NCBI GenBank assembly: GCA_012026655.1
Contig: JAAILG010001239.1
Span: 1 to 64,000 of the forward strand
Origin: Hydrolagus affinis
Taxonomy: Eukaryota
Direction of reading: 5' to 3'
DNA length: 64,000 bases
Shown here one piece after another: positions 34,221 to 48,066 of this stretch. Position 1 is the first letter of the stretch; each line of letters begins with the position of its first letter. Below the pieces are notes generated by a model, which saw only the letters and a list, made by a program, of their open reading frames with translations, was not told the DNA's origin and made no database searches. Position numbers and translations under genes: made by a program.

Positions 34221-36628
34221 AATCATATTACTTCACATAACTTAGTTTTGTAAGCCAGCATTCTGTGAGATCAATATTTGACCTCTAAAAGGTTTTAACC
34301 ACAATCTCTGCAAATTAGTTTGTTCCTTCTTTCTCATTTCCCCCTGCCATACCATCAAATGTTCAACTGCTAAGGCCTATGCTATGGAACTCTTATGCCT
34401 TCTCACTTGTTCTTCAAAGCTCTCTTAAAAAACGTATCTGTTTGATCATACTTTCGTTTAACCTCCTCAAAATTCTCTACTTTTCCACCTTTTTGATAAT
34501 CTCCATTGTTTTTGTAAACAAATTTAATGGGGCTACATGAAAGCAAAAAGAGATAGGGGTTAATTTATTTGGAAATTACTCAGTTAAGTGGCTAACTAGA
34601 AGTTTTAAGTTAAGTGCTGAGAAATGTATTGAGTTGATTGTCACAAACTGATGATATTACACAAAGCAAATTCTTGACTATGTAACATTCAAGTATCAAC
34701 TTTAGGGACAGAAAATTGTAATTGGGAAGAACAGGTTCCAAGGTAATGTGATCGTGTGATATTAAAATGATAAACATTCTATGCAATGTGGAGGTTTATT
34801 CTAAAATTTACACTGGCTGATTCTCCTCTGGCTGCAGGACTCCAATGTTTCTTGATGTATAGCATTAATCAGGGAATAATCAATCAAACAAAAATTTAAA
34901 ACATACCTCTGATTGAACATGGATTTACCTAGACTTGTGTGAATGTTTGGGGACCAGCTTCTTGTTGGTTGGCCACCACTGTAGTAGACATTTGGTTTTG
35001 TTGTTATTTAGGTGTAATTGCATGAAACTGAATCCTGTAGGTTTCTGAATGTCTCAGGCCTTCTTGCTGGAAATCTGTCGGTTTCTGCTGAGTTGTACTG
35101 GAAATCTCTTTTGGTTACAATACAATCTAATACAAATTAGATCAGTAACCCTGAAGATTTCCATTGAATTGACCTGAAATATATCCATATTTCCTTATAT
35201 GATTCCCACAAATTAGTCTTCACTTAATTAATTCACTGCATTTTGATTGGACAAAACTGAAAGTTCAGCAGTTAAAAAACACAAGGAATATTTTTAAATA
35301 AATCCATTTACAAATGCAACAGACTCTTATGATTTATCAACAACAACAACAACAACAAAATGACACTTGTATAGCACCTTTCACATCAGGAGGACATCCC
35401 AAGATGCTGGACAGTGACTGTTTCACACGCAAGCTGTGGACGGTGGGGGGGATGTTATTTTGGAGCAATTGTATGAAACTGATAAAGGAGTTTAATTTTT
35501 GAGAATAAGCTGTTAAAATATGCTGTTAATGTGGAGGATGTCAAACCCACAAGGTTATGGAGGACAAAGGAAGCACGAGAGAATATCAAGCAGAGCCTGA
35601 TGAGCACCATGAACTACTGCCTTGTGGGGATGCTGGATTGAATGGCACTAATGATGCACACAGAAAGACTCCACAAGCCCAGAAATCATAGCCGCAGAAT
35701 GTTTAATTAAGCAATAGGGAACATGTTCTACCTTCACACTGAGGGAAGGCTTGATGACAGAAAGATCAGATTGAATGCCAGTTGAAGTGTTTGGACCTGA
35801 CAGCTTACACAGAATGTATATTTCGTCACAAGCTGAACAGCTCATTTATGCCCTTTGCATGGTGCAGAAGTGCTTTGTTCATTAACACCATACAAAATGT
35901 AATATTTGAAACCAAGAAGATGTGAAATGATGGGATGAGAACAAATATTTTAGCCCATCATGCATGTGGCTTCCACAGAATTTTTTCAACCCTTATTTGG
36001 GATAATTGAGTGTCTAACATTTGCGAGTAATCATCACCTTTGACATTCACAAGGGAACTGAATAAATACCTTAAAATGAGCCAACAGCAGGATATGGCCT
36101 TCTGTTCTCATTTTATAATAATTAACCTTGGTATAGCACCATAACACATCAACGAGACCTCGAAGAGCTTCACTGGATATACTATGAAGTGGTGTAACTG
36201 ATTATTTTGTTGTCAAAGGTAGGGGTTTAAGAGTTTCTAAAATGGACTGAGAGTTCCTTATTTGTATATGACCTGGGCATGGAAAATTCCCTATGTCACG
36301 AATGGAATGCCTATTTATTTTTCCTAGAGGAACAACACAACAACAACATAATTACATTTATAGAGTGCCCTTCAGATCAGGAGGACGTCTCAAGGTGCTG
36401 AACAGTCGGTTTGGGACTCGGTTGGGACCCTAGCAAGGGAAGGGGCATGGTAGGGTGAGGGAAGGCAGAGAGAGTCTTGAGTAAACTTGAAATAACCTTG
36501 CCTTGAAGGAGGCAAGAGAGGAAGTGAAGCAAAAGGACTGCAGGATTGAGTTCCAGAGTGATAGAACCTGCATCAATGAAGGTTGAGGTGGGAGGAGAGG
36601 TGGTGGAGGAGGATTGAATGGTCTACGG

Positions 36629-36931
36629 CAGTGATTCTCAACCAGGGGTACATGTACCCCAGGAGGTACAAAATGACTTCCAGGGGTACAGGTGGCAGTA
36701 CACTGATTTATTTAGCTCTCTTATTTAGGATTTTATAACCTTCCAAATTGTATATTTAATTGTTATTCCCATCGTTTTGTATGTGCTAGTTATTCTGTTA
36801 TATAAGAAAAGCTTGATCATAAAATGCAACTGGAATGAGGGAGGTGGTCTGTGTGTGTATGTGGTTGGGTGGGGGTGCACGATAACAAAATTAACAAGGT
36901 GTACATTACTGAAAAAGGTTGAGAACCACTG
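36629..36931. mobile_element. hAT (Charlie-like) MITE
   Basis: TIRs CAGTGATTCTCAACC / GGTTGAGAACCACTG; 8-bp TSD GTCTACGG / GTCTATGG. Confidence 0.9.
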
Positions 36932-37244
36932 GTCTATGGTATCAAAGGCCCTGCTTACCTATTTCCAGAGAATATTTAATGCAGGTTGTTGGTATCTGAG
37001 TACAGTATTTGGAGAACCTGGAGTGCATGTTGTAATGTTTTTCAATCCATAAAACACAATGTTTTTCAATCCAATCTTTAATGCAACTTTACAATCCAGC
37101 TTCTTTCCAATCCCACCCCTCCTCTCTTCTCTCTCCAACTCTCAAGTCATTCTTTCCAGAATCCTTATGTACTCATTCCATACTTAATTGCCACTTATGT
37201 TGTTAAAGTTAATATGCAACACATGTGTTGGGGTGCTGCTACAG

Positions 37245-37640
37245 TTTAACCAGCTAAAACTGCAAAGCTTGTCACTGAAATCACTGTAAAGCAAGCTTTC
37301 CTGCTGCTTGTCCAATTAGGACCACCCCACCTGTTATGGCTTTGGCTTGTAGGGTTAACAGAAGCTAAGTGAGAATATTCCGCATCAATGAGCCAGCTGG
37401 CTAGACTGCCATCAGCAGTGACGTGGAATACTGCGACCTAGAAGAATCCCTGTCCTCAGTCTGTCTCTCCAAATCCCAACAGTAATTCAGGTTGATTATT
37501 GCTTGGCCTGGAGTGCTTGGGAAGTCTGTGGATACACCTAGGTGAGGAACTGGACTACCAAGACTACCAAAGAAAGTTGACTTGATTTTGATATTCTGTT
37601 GCCAATTCAGCTCCAAAAGATCCCACTTACCTCCCCTCCT
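37245..37640 (-). mobile_element. Old LF-SINE-like repeat, copy 3 (longest)
   Basis: Block homology to the copies at 16289, 19595 and 40385. Confidence 0.6.
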
Positions 37641-40384
37641 CTCTAGGGAAGACAGGTATCACTTGGTCATTTGTTATCCAACAAGCACAGAGGGATAGCA
37701 AATAGCGGGAATAACCCCCAAGCTTCCTGGGGAGCAGCACAGCTCAGTATGAAATGCTTGAAAGAACTACAACAACTTGCATTTATATCGTGCCACTCGC
37801 GCAAAGTAGCATCCCAGATTGCTTGAAACCATTGCCACCACCCTCCTATCCATAGTTTTACGCACAACTCTACTTGTTGAACTATATAAATGCAAATTGT
37901 TATTGAACTAGTTTGTCCTACCATGAATTCTCCTCAACGTAGTTAATCTCCCGAGGGAAAGTTCTGCAATAAATATTTCTTGATTCCCCCCCAAAACAAT
38001 TAAACAAATCTCTGCTGTTCAACCTGGCTTTCTGCTTTCCACGGACAATTTATAATTTGTAGTGTTCAAATGAAGCCTCCGACAAGAGAGTTATTATTTT
38101 CTACCTGAACGCAGATGAGGAAACTATTCCAACAATAGATAATGAAGATGACTAGTGAGATCCTTGGCTGGACAATCTTGTTAAATAAGCAAAGCTGCGT
38201 GGGTGCACCGATAGGGAAAGTTTTTAATTGGGCCATGGAGATTGCGGATTATTCCAGATAGCATCCTAAGAATAATTTAGAAGCAAAAAGTCAAAACAAA
38301 AAAGCATTTTTAGCAATTGGAAATCCAAAAAAATTGATTCCTTCACTGCATTATAAAAACCCAGATGTGTTTCCACTCTGAAAAGCCCATAGGGAGAAAC
38401 TATCACCAGACTGTGAAGATGATGGGTGTTTGGTCTCAGACCTGTCATTATGGCTAGATTCTATGGACACATTTATACCGGCATTTGTTTGTCCCACAGC
38501 AGATAATTAAGAAAGGGAATGGATTTAGCATTGAAGGATGTGTCAATACCTCCACTACACATTGCTTGAAAATAAAAGGCATCAATGTAAATGTACATTC
38601 TCATAAGATCAGTCAAACATAATTGGCTGTGAAACACCTTGGGTGCATTGTCCATGGCATAATGAGGTATATTTGTAATCACTTTACACTACAAGACTGT
38701 TAAGTTGACTATTATGCTATTGTATTACTGTGCATTTTGTCTACAATGGAAGTTACTTAACATTTTGGTCATTTGTGCAATACAAAGTGACTAAACTGAG
38801 TCTGATTCGCTCATATTCTTCATTCTGGAATATAACAATCTGGGAGAAATTCCAGTTGGTTTTAAGTTACTCTATTAATGTAGTATTTCAGATTGTCCAG
38901 AATTTTCATATTGTCAAATTGATTCTTACTATTGAAGTTGGTTTTCTGTACATTTTAAAAAGAACTTGGAGGAAAGCTGCTGCAAAATAAGAATTTAATG
39001 TTACATTTAGGAGTTTGCTAAATATTGACGCTTTAAAATGTTACATAGAAAGAGTAAATCTGGATGCAACTGGAATTACTCCTCACACATATCATGTTTT
39101 TCACTTCATATGTACGATGGTTCTAAAGACAGTACTGTATTGTAGAATGGCTTTGTTTGTCTTGATAACTAACTCCCAACGTGAAAGGCGCTCTATAAAT
39201 GTAATTTTGTTGTTCTTGCTCATTAATTGAAATCTTTCTTAGAATCAAACCTTGTGTAAAATGAAATTTCCAATATTATGGTTAATTTTGTGCTGTGTTT
39301 TAAAACATTTTTTAATTTAGAAATGTGTTAAGAACTAAAGCAAAATTGACCCCATTTTCTTTGCAATTACTTTTTTAGTTAGGAACACAGAATAAGATAT
39401 ATTCTGGCAGGAGGTGCAATGAGGATTTGTAGTTGTCAAGGGTAGATAACTTCCTTCAACATGTAAGCCTATACTTGACCAACCTTTTTCAGACCTAATA
39501 TCCTCTGGTGTCCTTCAAGACACAGTTTAGGTTATCATTCTGGGGATGATAATGACGCCATCCTTGAATCAACCAGTCAGTGCTAATAACTTGCCCTTCC
39601 AGCCATTGCAGAAAAAAAAACTTTGTGGCGTATACATTTTAATTTTAAATTAAAAGTGTGTCAGGCATCATGAATTAACAACGGACTTTGAAGTCAGAGA
39701 CCAGAATAGAATGATCTAAACATTCAGTAAAGTACATGAGATTTTAACATCAACCAGGAATAGAAGAATGGCACAAGACTAGAAAATAGTATTATGTTCT
39801 CAAACAATAACAACATTTTACAGTACATTGATAAAGCCCCTTTCAGCACTGCACAGTTGGACACTGAGCAAGTGAGAAGTGTGGGGTAGGGGGGGAAGAG
39901 GTGACCATAGGCATGGTTGAAAAGGTAGGTCTCAAAGTGGGATTTAAAGATATATAAATAAGGGGTGAGGTAGGGGGCTTTAATTCTAAAGATTAGGTGC
40001 ATAGTACCCGAAGGCATGGCCAATAATAATAACAATAATAATAATTCTTGCATTTGATATAGCGCTTTACACATCTTCTAGACATCTCAAAGCGCTTCAC
40101 AGAATATACTGTGAAGTGACTTGACTATATTTGTGGGTGAAAAGCAATGATGGCAGCACATTTTATTTTGTTCAGCTGGATTTATGACACTTATGGAAAC
40201 CCATCACCGTGCTTAATTGTATCCAAACCAAACTGAGAATTCGATACATCTCACCTATATGTGGAGATTCCATATATATTTATTACGCTCTCTCTTCCCG
40301 GAGGGATGCATCCTGCTTAATGAATTCTGGAGAGTGTTAGACACTGGTTAGCAAAAGCCAAGGCTTGAGGACTTCAATGCACTT

Positions 40385-40597
40385 CTAAAACTGCATAGAT
40401 TGCCATTGAGAATACTGCCTAGCAAGTTTTCCCACTTCTTGTCCAACTAGGACCACCCTACCCATTATGGCTTTTGCTTGCCGGGTTAGCGGAAGCTGAT
40501 TGGGCAGAGTCCCTGCCCCTAGTATCTAGTTTGCTGTTCCAGGTCCTGCCAATGAGCCAGATTGGCTGGTGATGGTGGCTCAGAGGGGCCTGGAAGC
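40385..40597 (-). mobile_element. Old LF-SINE-like repeat, copy 4
   Basis: CTTGTCCAACTAGGACCACCCTACCCATTATGGCTTTTGCTTG vs CTTGTCCAATTAGGACCACCCCACCTGTTATGGCTTTGGCTTG at about 37307. Confidence 0.65.
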
Positions 40598-42579
40598 ATA
40601 GGAAAGCAGGAACAGGAGGTGGTCATTCAGTCTATCAAGCCTGTTCCACCAGTTTATTAGATTTTGGATCTTTTAAACCCACTGCCACACCCTTTTGCCA
40701 TTATACTGTACCTCTAATACCAAGCATCTCTTTGTATTTCTTCTAAACATGCCCATTGTTTTCACCATCACAGCTTTCAGAGTCAGAGCATTCCACATCT
40801 TTGCAATCCTCTATATGAAGAAATCCTTCCTCTTCTCAGTTTGAACTATCTTAGCTCTAATTTTTTATCACAGTGTCTCTTTGTAATGTCCCATTCTGTC
40901 TTACTGGTCCAATTTTATGAAATGTTGCATCATTGCTCAATATTTAACAATCCTATCACCATCATATACATATCTAACTTCTTTCCGAACAAAATCCCTG
41001 TACATGTATGCTGGTAAATTTGTTCTACAACAAACCTTAGATTTGATATGGTGCCTTTCATGGCATTTAGTCTTATCAATATGCTTCACAGAGTATATTG
41101 TAAGATGGAGTGACTGTATATTTTGAACTCCACCGTCCTTATGACCTAATTAAATCTAAATTCTCTGATTAATATTATTATTATTATTATTATTACTACA
41201 AGGGTTCAACAAATATAGGATTTAGAAAAGATTACTCCTTACTCCACTTTGGTTTCTGCAGCCTCTTCTTAGAGCTCCTCATAGTTGGGCCTGACTTCAT
41301 ATATAAATTGCATCTTGTATTGCTGTGCCTGCTTCCAGACTGGCATGTAGTGTAGTGCAGCAAGTGAGAAGTGTGAAGAACTGCACACATCCATGGAGCT
41401 TCAAATGTGCAAATTGGAGGTTGCGGCTCCAAGCATGCCTTCCAATATGTGTTTGAAATTGTGCAATTTGCTTCTAAATTCACTAGTAAAAGAGAATAAA
41501 TTCTGATCCTGAAATGCTGTTTTAAATGTATTTTGCTTCCTGATCTTTTTTGCATCCTCAGTACAAACCAAGCATGGGACATACTCATAAATTGCTGCTG
41601 ATATAATTTGTTATGCGCTGTACATTTGCAGCAACTAATATTGGTGGCATTTCACGATCCACAAATCTGCCATTTTTAGCGTAAGGCTGCATGCGCAGTG
41701 AATGGGGCTCACATTGCCATAAGTCAACCTGTATGATAATAGATTCAAACATAGGTTGAATCTGTTATAGTTTCAAACATTGCCCAAATTGCTACATAAG
41801 AGCAAGTTATTGTTGTTGTCCTTGGTGTGGGGAGGTTGTAGGGGGTGGGGGGGTGGGGGCGGGTGTTGAGTAAGGGCGACTTTCTTCATAGGTGAGCTGA
41901 CTCTAAAGTTGGAATGGAATATGGGAATTGATTCCTCTGGGTTGCCTCCTTGGCCGACTATTACTGATCCAGGCTACTCCAAGGCACAGTTGATGACGGA
42001 CTATCCAATCTGACTGTACTACTTTTAAACTCCTTTTAACTCTGTAAGACAAAGCTCCAATGGGGAGGGCAAGCAAGCGGGAGGTTTGCCAGACGGTGTA
42101 CAAAACTGCAAACTGTAGGATTTTAACGGATTAAATTCCAGCAGCGCTCCAAAGCACTCGATGGGGTTCCCAAGCCTTGGCTGTTGGCAAACTGCACATA
42201 ATACTTTCCGGGATTAGCTGAGCAGAATGCATCCCTCCAGGAAATGGTCCACACTGCACTCAAGACAAATACAAATTTCCGTGCGTTTGTGAATCTTTCA
42301 GTAGTATGATTTAGACACTCTTAAACATGATGGTGGTTTCTGCCTCAAATGTTTGATTATGATTATTTATGTATCAGATACCTGACTGACTAAAATAAGT
42401 GTTTACAGTAAGCAAAATAATTGCACCTCCATCCCTGTAACTCACACATATTTAAAATTCTATACCTTTTCCACATTTAACTAATAATAATCGTTTTGCT
42501 TGATAGTGCCTTTCCTGTGACAAGGACATCTCAAAGCGCTTCACAGCATATACAGTAAAGTGTAGTGACTGTGTGTAGG

Positions 42580-43128
42580 TGGTGCAACATTGCCAGACTC
42601 TGCCACTACCTCACCCCGCATGCTGCCGAAACACTCATCCATGCTTTCATCACATCTAGGTTCGACTACGGGAATTCTCTCCTCGCCGGCCTTCCCAGCT
42701 CCTCCCTTCACAAGCTGCAGATTATTCAGAACTCTGCAGCTCGTGTACTCTCCCGCACTAGGGAGACCTGCTGTCTCCCTATCAGCCTGCCCTTCCCCTC
42801 CGTTCAGCAGACTCTGGCCTGCTCCATGTCCCCCACCCGAACCGCCCTTCCATTGGTGGCCGGGCTTTCAGCCTCTCTGCCCCCACACTCTGGAACTCCA
42901 TCCCGTAATCCCTTCGCTTCGCTTCCTCCCTCTCCTCCTTTAAGGCCGGTCTCAAGACCTTCCTCTTCGACCGGGCCTTCTGCTCCCCTCCTAACTTTCC
43001 CCTTTCTCCTACTCTCCTTCCCCGAGACCCCCCACACCCGCTCGGGTCCCGACTAACTTTTCAGCGCCTTGGGACATTCTCCCGATGTGAAAGGCACTCT
43101 ATTAATGTAATTTTGTTGTTGTTGTTGT
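42580..43128 (+). mobile_element. L2 LINE 3' fragment (internally deleted) nested in an antisense SINE
   Basis: NIARLCHYLTPHAAETLIHAFITSRFDYGNSLLAGLP..IQNSAARVL; SINE halves at about 42483-42580 and 43128-43200. Confidence 0.87.
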
Positions 43129-44074
43129 AGGTGAACACAGTGGTCAATATTGTGCAAACCTCCGTCCCCAAATAGAGCCATGAAGTGAATGACCAATTTT
43201 ATTAGAATTTTATTACTTGTTAGAATGAATCTTGTCTTTAGATCCTAACCCCACAAATAATCAATTGTTGTTCAAGAATAATTCTCTCTCTTCCACATCA
43301 TTGGCGACAATCCTGCACTGTTGCCTTTCCGCTAATAGTTTCAACAAACACCTGTCACTAGTCTTTATCCTCTGTTTCACCTTCCTCCCTTGGTCTAAAA
43401 ATAGATGTGACATAGTTCTCAAATGTAACAGCAGATGGTTTGCCTGAATAAAATGGATTTTATTTTCTAGTTTTCTTTTTAAAACAGCGATTCGGCTATC
43501 TGACTTTGTCTAATTATAGGGTACAGTTCTGTGACTGTTTGATCAATTTCGGTCTTTATGCCTAAGTGATACAAATGATGATTAGTAATCACACTGGAAA
43601 TATACATCAGTGAAGGTGGGGCGAGGATACGTGATGTGATAATTATTTCATCCTCAAAATACACACTTTACAGTATATCCTATGAAGACCTTTGAGACAA
43701 TTCAATGAATGATAAGCGCTCTGAGATGCCGTCCAGCGTGGATGGCACTATACAAATCAAAGTTGTTGTTGTGATAAGGCACACTATCAAACAACAACAA
43801 ACAACAACAAAATTACATTCATAGAGTGTAACGATTATCATAATTATAACATCACACACTGTCCAGTGACTTTGTCCATCACTCACTCACAATGAGTTGG
43901 CTTTAGAAAGGAATATTCTGCTTAGCTCAATTGATGGAGTTCTTGATTCTAGATCTAAAAGTTATGGGTTCAAGCTCCACATTGCAACTAATCCAGGCTG
44001 AGGGTCTAATGAAAGTGCTGACCTTCAGCTGAAATGTTAAATCAAGGCCCAATCTGCTTGTTTAGTTGGATGTT

Positions 44075-44700
44075 ACAGTGAAAGGTCTGGTGATGGGCGT
44101 TGCAGGAGGCAAGGGAAGAGGCGAGTCACAGGGTCATGATGGAGTTCCAGAGGATGGGGGAGAGGACACAAGTTGCAGAGTTCTGAATAATCTGTAACTT
44201 GTGGAGGGAAGAATTGGAAAATTCCAGTGAGTGGGGAGTTAGGGGAGTTAAGCCTGGATGTGATTTAAACATGAATGAACATCTCAGCGACTTGAGGCGA
44301 AGAGATATTGATTGGAGGAGGGCAATGTTGCGGAGATGGGTGAAGGCAGAATAGGTTGTGGCATTTAAAGGACAGTTGAACAAGGCATCAAGGTTTCTTA
44401 CTGGCTCAGTGAGATGCAGAGTGCATCCATGAATAGTGATGCTGTCAGCACCTGAGGTGAGGAGGTGCCTCTGTCTTGTTGATATTCAATTGGAGATATC
44501 TGACAGACAATATATCAGGACAACAGTGCTCCTGGTGTCGAAGGGTGGAGGCAGAGTGATAAAGCTGGGTGACATGTGGACGCTAACTCCATGCCTGCGG
44601 ATTATCTTACCAAGGAACAACACGTAAATATTAAAGGGGAGAGCCCTGAGGAAAGTCATACGCGATGGTGCAAGGGAAGAGGAGAAGCCATTAGAAGATA
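44075..44700 (-). mobile_element. Degenerate L2 fragment next to a Deu-SINE head (43920-44075, +)
   Basis: HLRNIA, LHKLQIIQNSA and LWNS in ORF 44126..44383. Confidence 0.7.
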
Positions 44701-46450
44701 ACTGGAGGAGAAGCTATTAGCCTACAATACTTTTAGGAAACTCAAAAAGCATTATACAAAAATAGCTGAAATAAATTCTGGAAAACAATTCCCCTCTAGA
44801 TGTTTAGCCTTATTTCATTGCCCAAACAATGTATTATTATTGATATGTTCCACAATACTCCCACACGTAACAAAGGCTCTAGAATGACGAATGTATAGCT
44901 GCAGGTGGCAGGCAGTGTATAAAGGATTCATGTTGCCATATAATGAAAGTTGAACACAAATAGTGTGTATAGTGGGATCTAATTAACGTGAATTTAGAAG
45001 GCCTCATAAATATAGAATCCTCTTTATACCCACTTGTGTGTCATATTGACTCATTAGATCCTAAAATTTCACTTGGTTTTAGCCTGTGAAACTATTCTGT
45101 CTTAAAGTGCCAAGTCCTGTGGAATTGAACTATGGAAATCCTATTTCCAAATTAAGACAAGATTTAAAAATTGAAGCTTGACATTGTGCTAATGCATCCA
45201 TTGGAAATAACTTCTACAAACTCTATTTGCTATTCTTCCATTTCAAATGTTTTCAAACAATCAACAAACACATTTCTTGACTATTCTCTAAAGCACGGTG
45301 ATAGGTTACTGCATTCGTTAGACATCCTCTGGGAAAATGAAAAGAATGGTCATTTCAGCAATTCACTGGAGGGCAGCGAGTGCTATCCCTATCATGAATC
45401 AGAGGCAAAAGAATAGAAGATTTTTTTTAAAAAAGATTCATAAGGCTTTGACTATTTTCTGATCAATTATTACTGCAGTTACAGAGGTAAATTATTTTCC
45501 CAGTCGCTATTGTTAATACAGTAGGGTTAGGACACGTTAAAAAAAAAAATCAGGGCGTACGTTGAAAATAATGGTCAAGGACATTGTCACTTTAAAGGAA
45601 GTCATTGTGAATTTTGTCACGAACATTTAACCTTTCAGTGCAATTGACTGAGACCGTGTAAGTGTAATTGGCACATACATTTTGTACTGCAGTTACAGAC
45701 CGGTACTCCCAACTTCAGGCTTCAACATACCAATCAACAAATGGAAACCTACATAACATTATCTCCACCAACCTCAGAATTATATTCACTGATATTTTTC
45801 CAGCAACTGTTGAAAACTCAAAATTCTTGAGAGAGAAAAAACAACTATCAACTACAGTACTTGCCTAACCTGAATAGACATAAGAATGGAACTCAGTCCA
45901 AACTTCTTTTCAAAGCTCATCTCACAGAAGTGTTATCTTAGTGCACACATATATTTATCAAAGGGGCATAGATACTTATCAAAAACCCTTTCTGGTGTTA
46001 GATAATGCAATTGTCAATCTGTGGCATGTTTGAGAATTTAAGATCAGATCTGCTGGTTTCCAAATGTGAAGCGTTTCAGTGTAAATAATTTAGTCACTGG
46101 ATCATGCAGCTCAACCTCAAATTCTCTTTCCATTTTGTGTAAAAGTCAGAATGATTTGCCGAAAATAGTGCAACCCTCATGTTAGCACTTAGATGATGTT
46201 AGAAGCTGCTTCTATATTAATATGAAGTTATTGATCTCTGTCCCAAAATAATTTGTTATCTGCCTTGTGTTACATGCAAATGCAAGAAACCACATGGTCT
46301 ATAACACATTTGTTCAGAACAGAAGTTACAACTTCTGACTGTAACCCTATGTCATCATAGGATTACAAAATTATCATGTTGTTAAATAAAATGGATGAAG
46401 ATTTTAAGCGCTCTGAGACGCCGTCCGGCGTGGAAGGCACTATATAAATC

Positions 46451-47027
46451 ATAGAATCATAGAATCATAGAATCATAAAATCATAGAATCATAGAATCAT
46501 AGAATCATAGAATCATAGAATTTTACAGCACAAAAGAAGGCCATTCGGCCCATCTAGTCTGTGCCGGCTCTTTGAACAGAGCAACTCAATCCCACTGCCC
46601 AGCTCTCTCCCCTTAACCTAACAGACCTATTCTCCCTGAATAAAGATTTAATTCTCTTTTAAAAGCTGTTATCGAATCGGCCTCCACCACCGTTTCAGGC
46701 AATGCATTCCAGATTCGAACAATCCGCTGAGTGAAAAAATTTCTCTTCAGCTCCCCTCTACTTCGTTTTGAAACTATTTTAAATCTGTGACATGAGTCAC
46801 AGATTCGCCCAGCAGTGGAAACAGTTTCTCCTTATTCACCCTGTCAAATCCCCTCATGATTTTATAAACCTCTATTAGGTCTCCTCTCAACCTTCTCTGT
46901 TCCAAAGAGAATAAACCTAGCCTATCTAGCCTTTCCTCATAACTGAAGTCCCTCAATCCTGGTACCATTCTAGCAAACCTTCTTTGCACCCTTTCCAATG
47001 CCTTCACATCCTTTCTATAGTGTGGTG
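46451..47027 (-). mobile_element. Young CR1 LINE 3' end with (ATCATAGA)n tail
   Basis: SPHYRKDVKALERVQRRFARMVPGLRDFSYEERLDRLGLFSLEQRRLRGDLIEVYKIMRG; flanked by AAATC on both sides, inside another retroposon tail. Confidence 0.93.
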
Positions 47028-47382
47028 AAATCGAAGTTGTTGTTGTTGTTGTCAAATGTACAAAAATTTACAAATGTAACTCCATATAAATAATAATAAT
47101 AATAATCTTTACATTTGATATAGCACCTTTCACATCTTCTAGATGTCTCAAATGCTTCACAGAATATACTGTAAAGTGAATTGACTGCACATTTGTGGGT
47201 GAATCGCGGCAGCCAATTGCGCACAGCAGTGTCCCACAAACAGTCTCTCCCTAGAGAGATGCACTCTGCTTATCTAATTCTAGAAAATATTAGGTGCAGA
47301 TTGGCAGATTGGTCTGTAATCAACCTTGTCCTGGAGTACTGCAGAGCTACCTGACTAATGAATCGCCTGACAGTGGTTGGAT

Positions 47383-47704
47383 TAATAATAATAATAATAA
47401 TCCTTGCATTTGATATAGCGCCTTTCATATATTTTAGACGTCACAAAGCACCTCACAGAATATACTGTAATGTGAATTGACTGCATATTTGTGGGTGAAA
47501 CGCATCAGCCAATTGAGCACAGCAGTGTCCCACAAACAGTCTTGGATTGAAATGACCAATTTTTATTATTGTTTTTTTTTGGAGGGATTATTATTAGGCT
47601 TGTGGAGTAAGGAAATTTGCCCAAGGTTTCGCTCTGACCTACCTGGATTCGAACACAGGTTTCACGTTTTGCAAGGCGAGTGCTCTAATCACTGAGCTAC
47701 AGGA
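47383..47704 (-). mobile_element. Full-length tRNA-derived SINE (partial copy also at 47090-47245)
   Basis: Reverse complement of the consensus at 51087-51404. Confidence 0.88.
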
Positions 47705-47873
47705 ACTTCCATTAATATGTCATTTTCTTCTGAACCTCCTGATGCAGTTTGTCAATGTCGCTCATGGTCTCTGCTATTCTTGGTTGCAAGCTGCCAGGAT
47801 CACCTATCTGAGGATTTCGTTGTTAAACGTCTTTCATTTTGTTGAAGGCATCTCTTTGGTCTATTTCAAGGCC

Positions 47874-48066
47874 TCTTTCAAGGCCGGTTTGAAGACTTTC
47901 CTCTTCGACCGTGCCTTTTGCTCCCCCCCGAATTTTTCGACCTCCCCTACACGTTTCACCCCTTCCCGAACACTCCCCTCCCAGCTTGGGTCACACGACT
48001 CCTGTGCAGCGCCTCCCGACGTGAAAGGCGCTTTATAAGTTTAAGTTGTTGTCATTGTTGTTGTTA
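47874..48066 (+). mobile_element. Young L2 3' end, same subfamily as 25547
   Basis: SFKAGLKTFLFDRAFCS plus tail, with a small deletion in the stem-loop. Confidence 0.85.

Noticed and set aside
37631-37642. Stand-alone 12-nt micro-exon (RGGE) of an unknown gene
   Set aside because: The donor belongs to the multi-copy LF-SINE-like repeat; covered under that finding.
30186-39540. Coding-like stretches near 30.2-30.5, 34.9-35.1, 38.3-38.4 and 39.5 kb
   Set aside because: Best explained as very old LINE relics (KLLAVISK, LNNNKTK, AIGNPKKL, SGVLQDTV), with stops.
46447-46520. CRISPR-like or satellite array
   Set aside because: Spacer-less (ATCATAGA)n octamer that is the CR1 3' tail.
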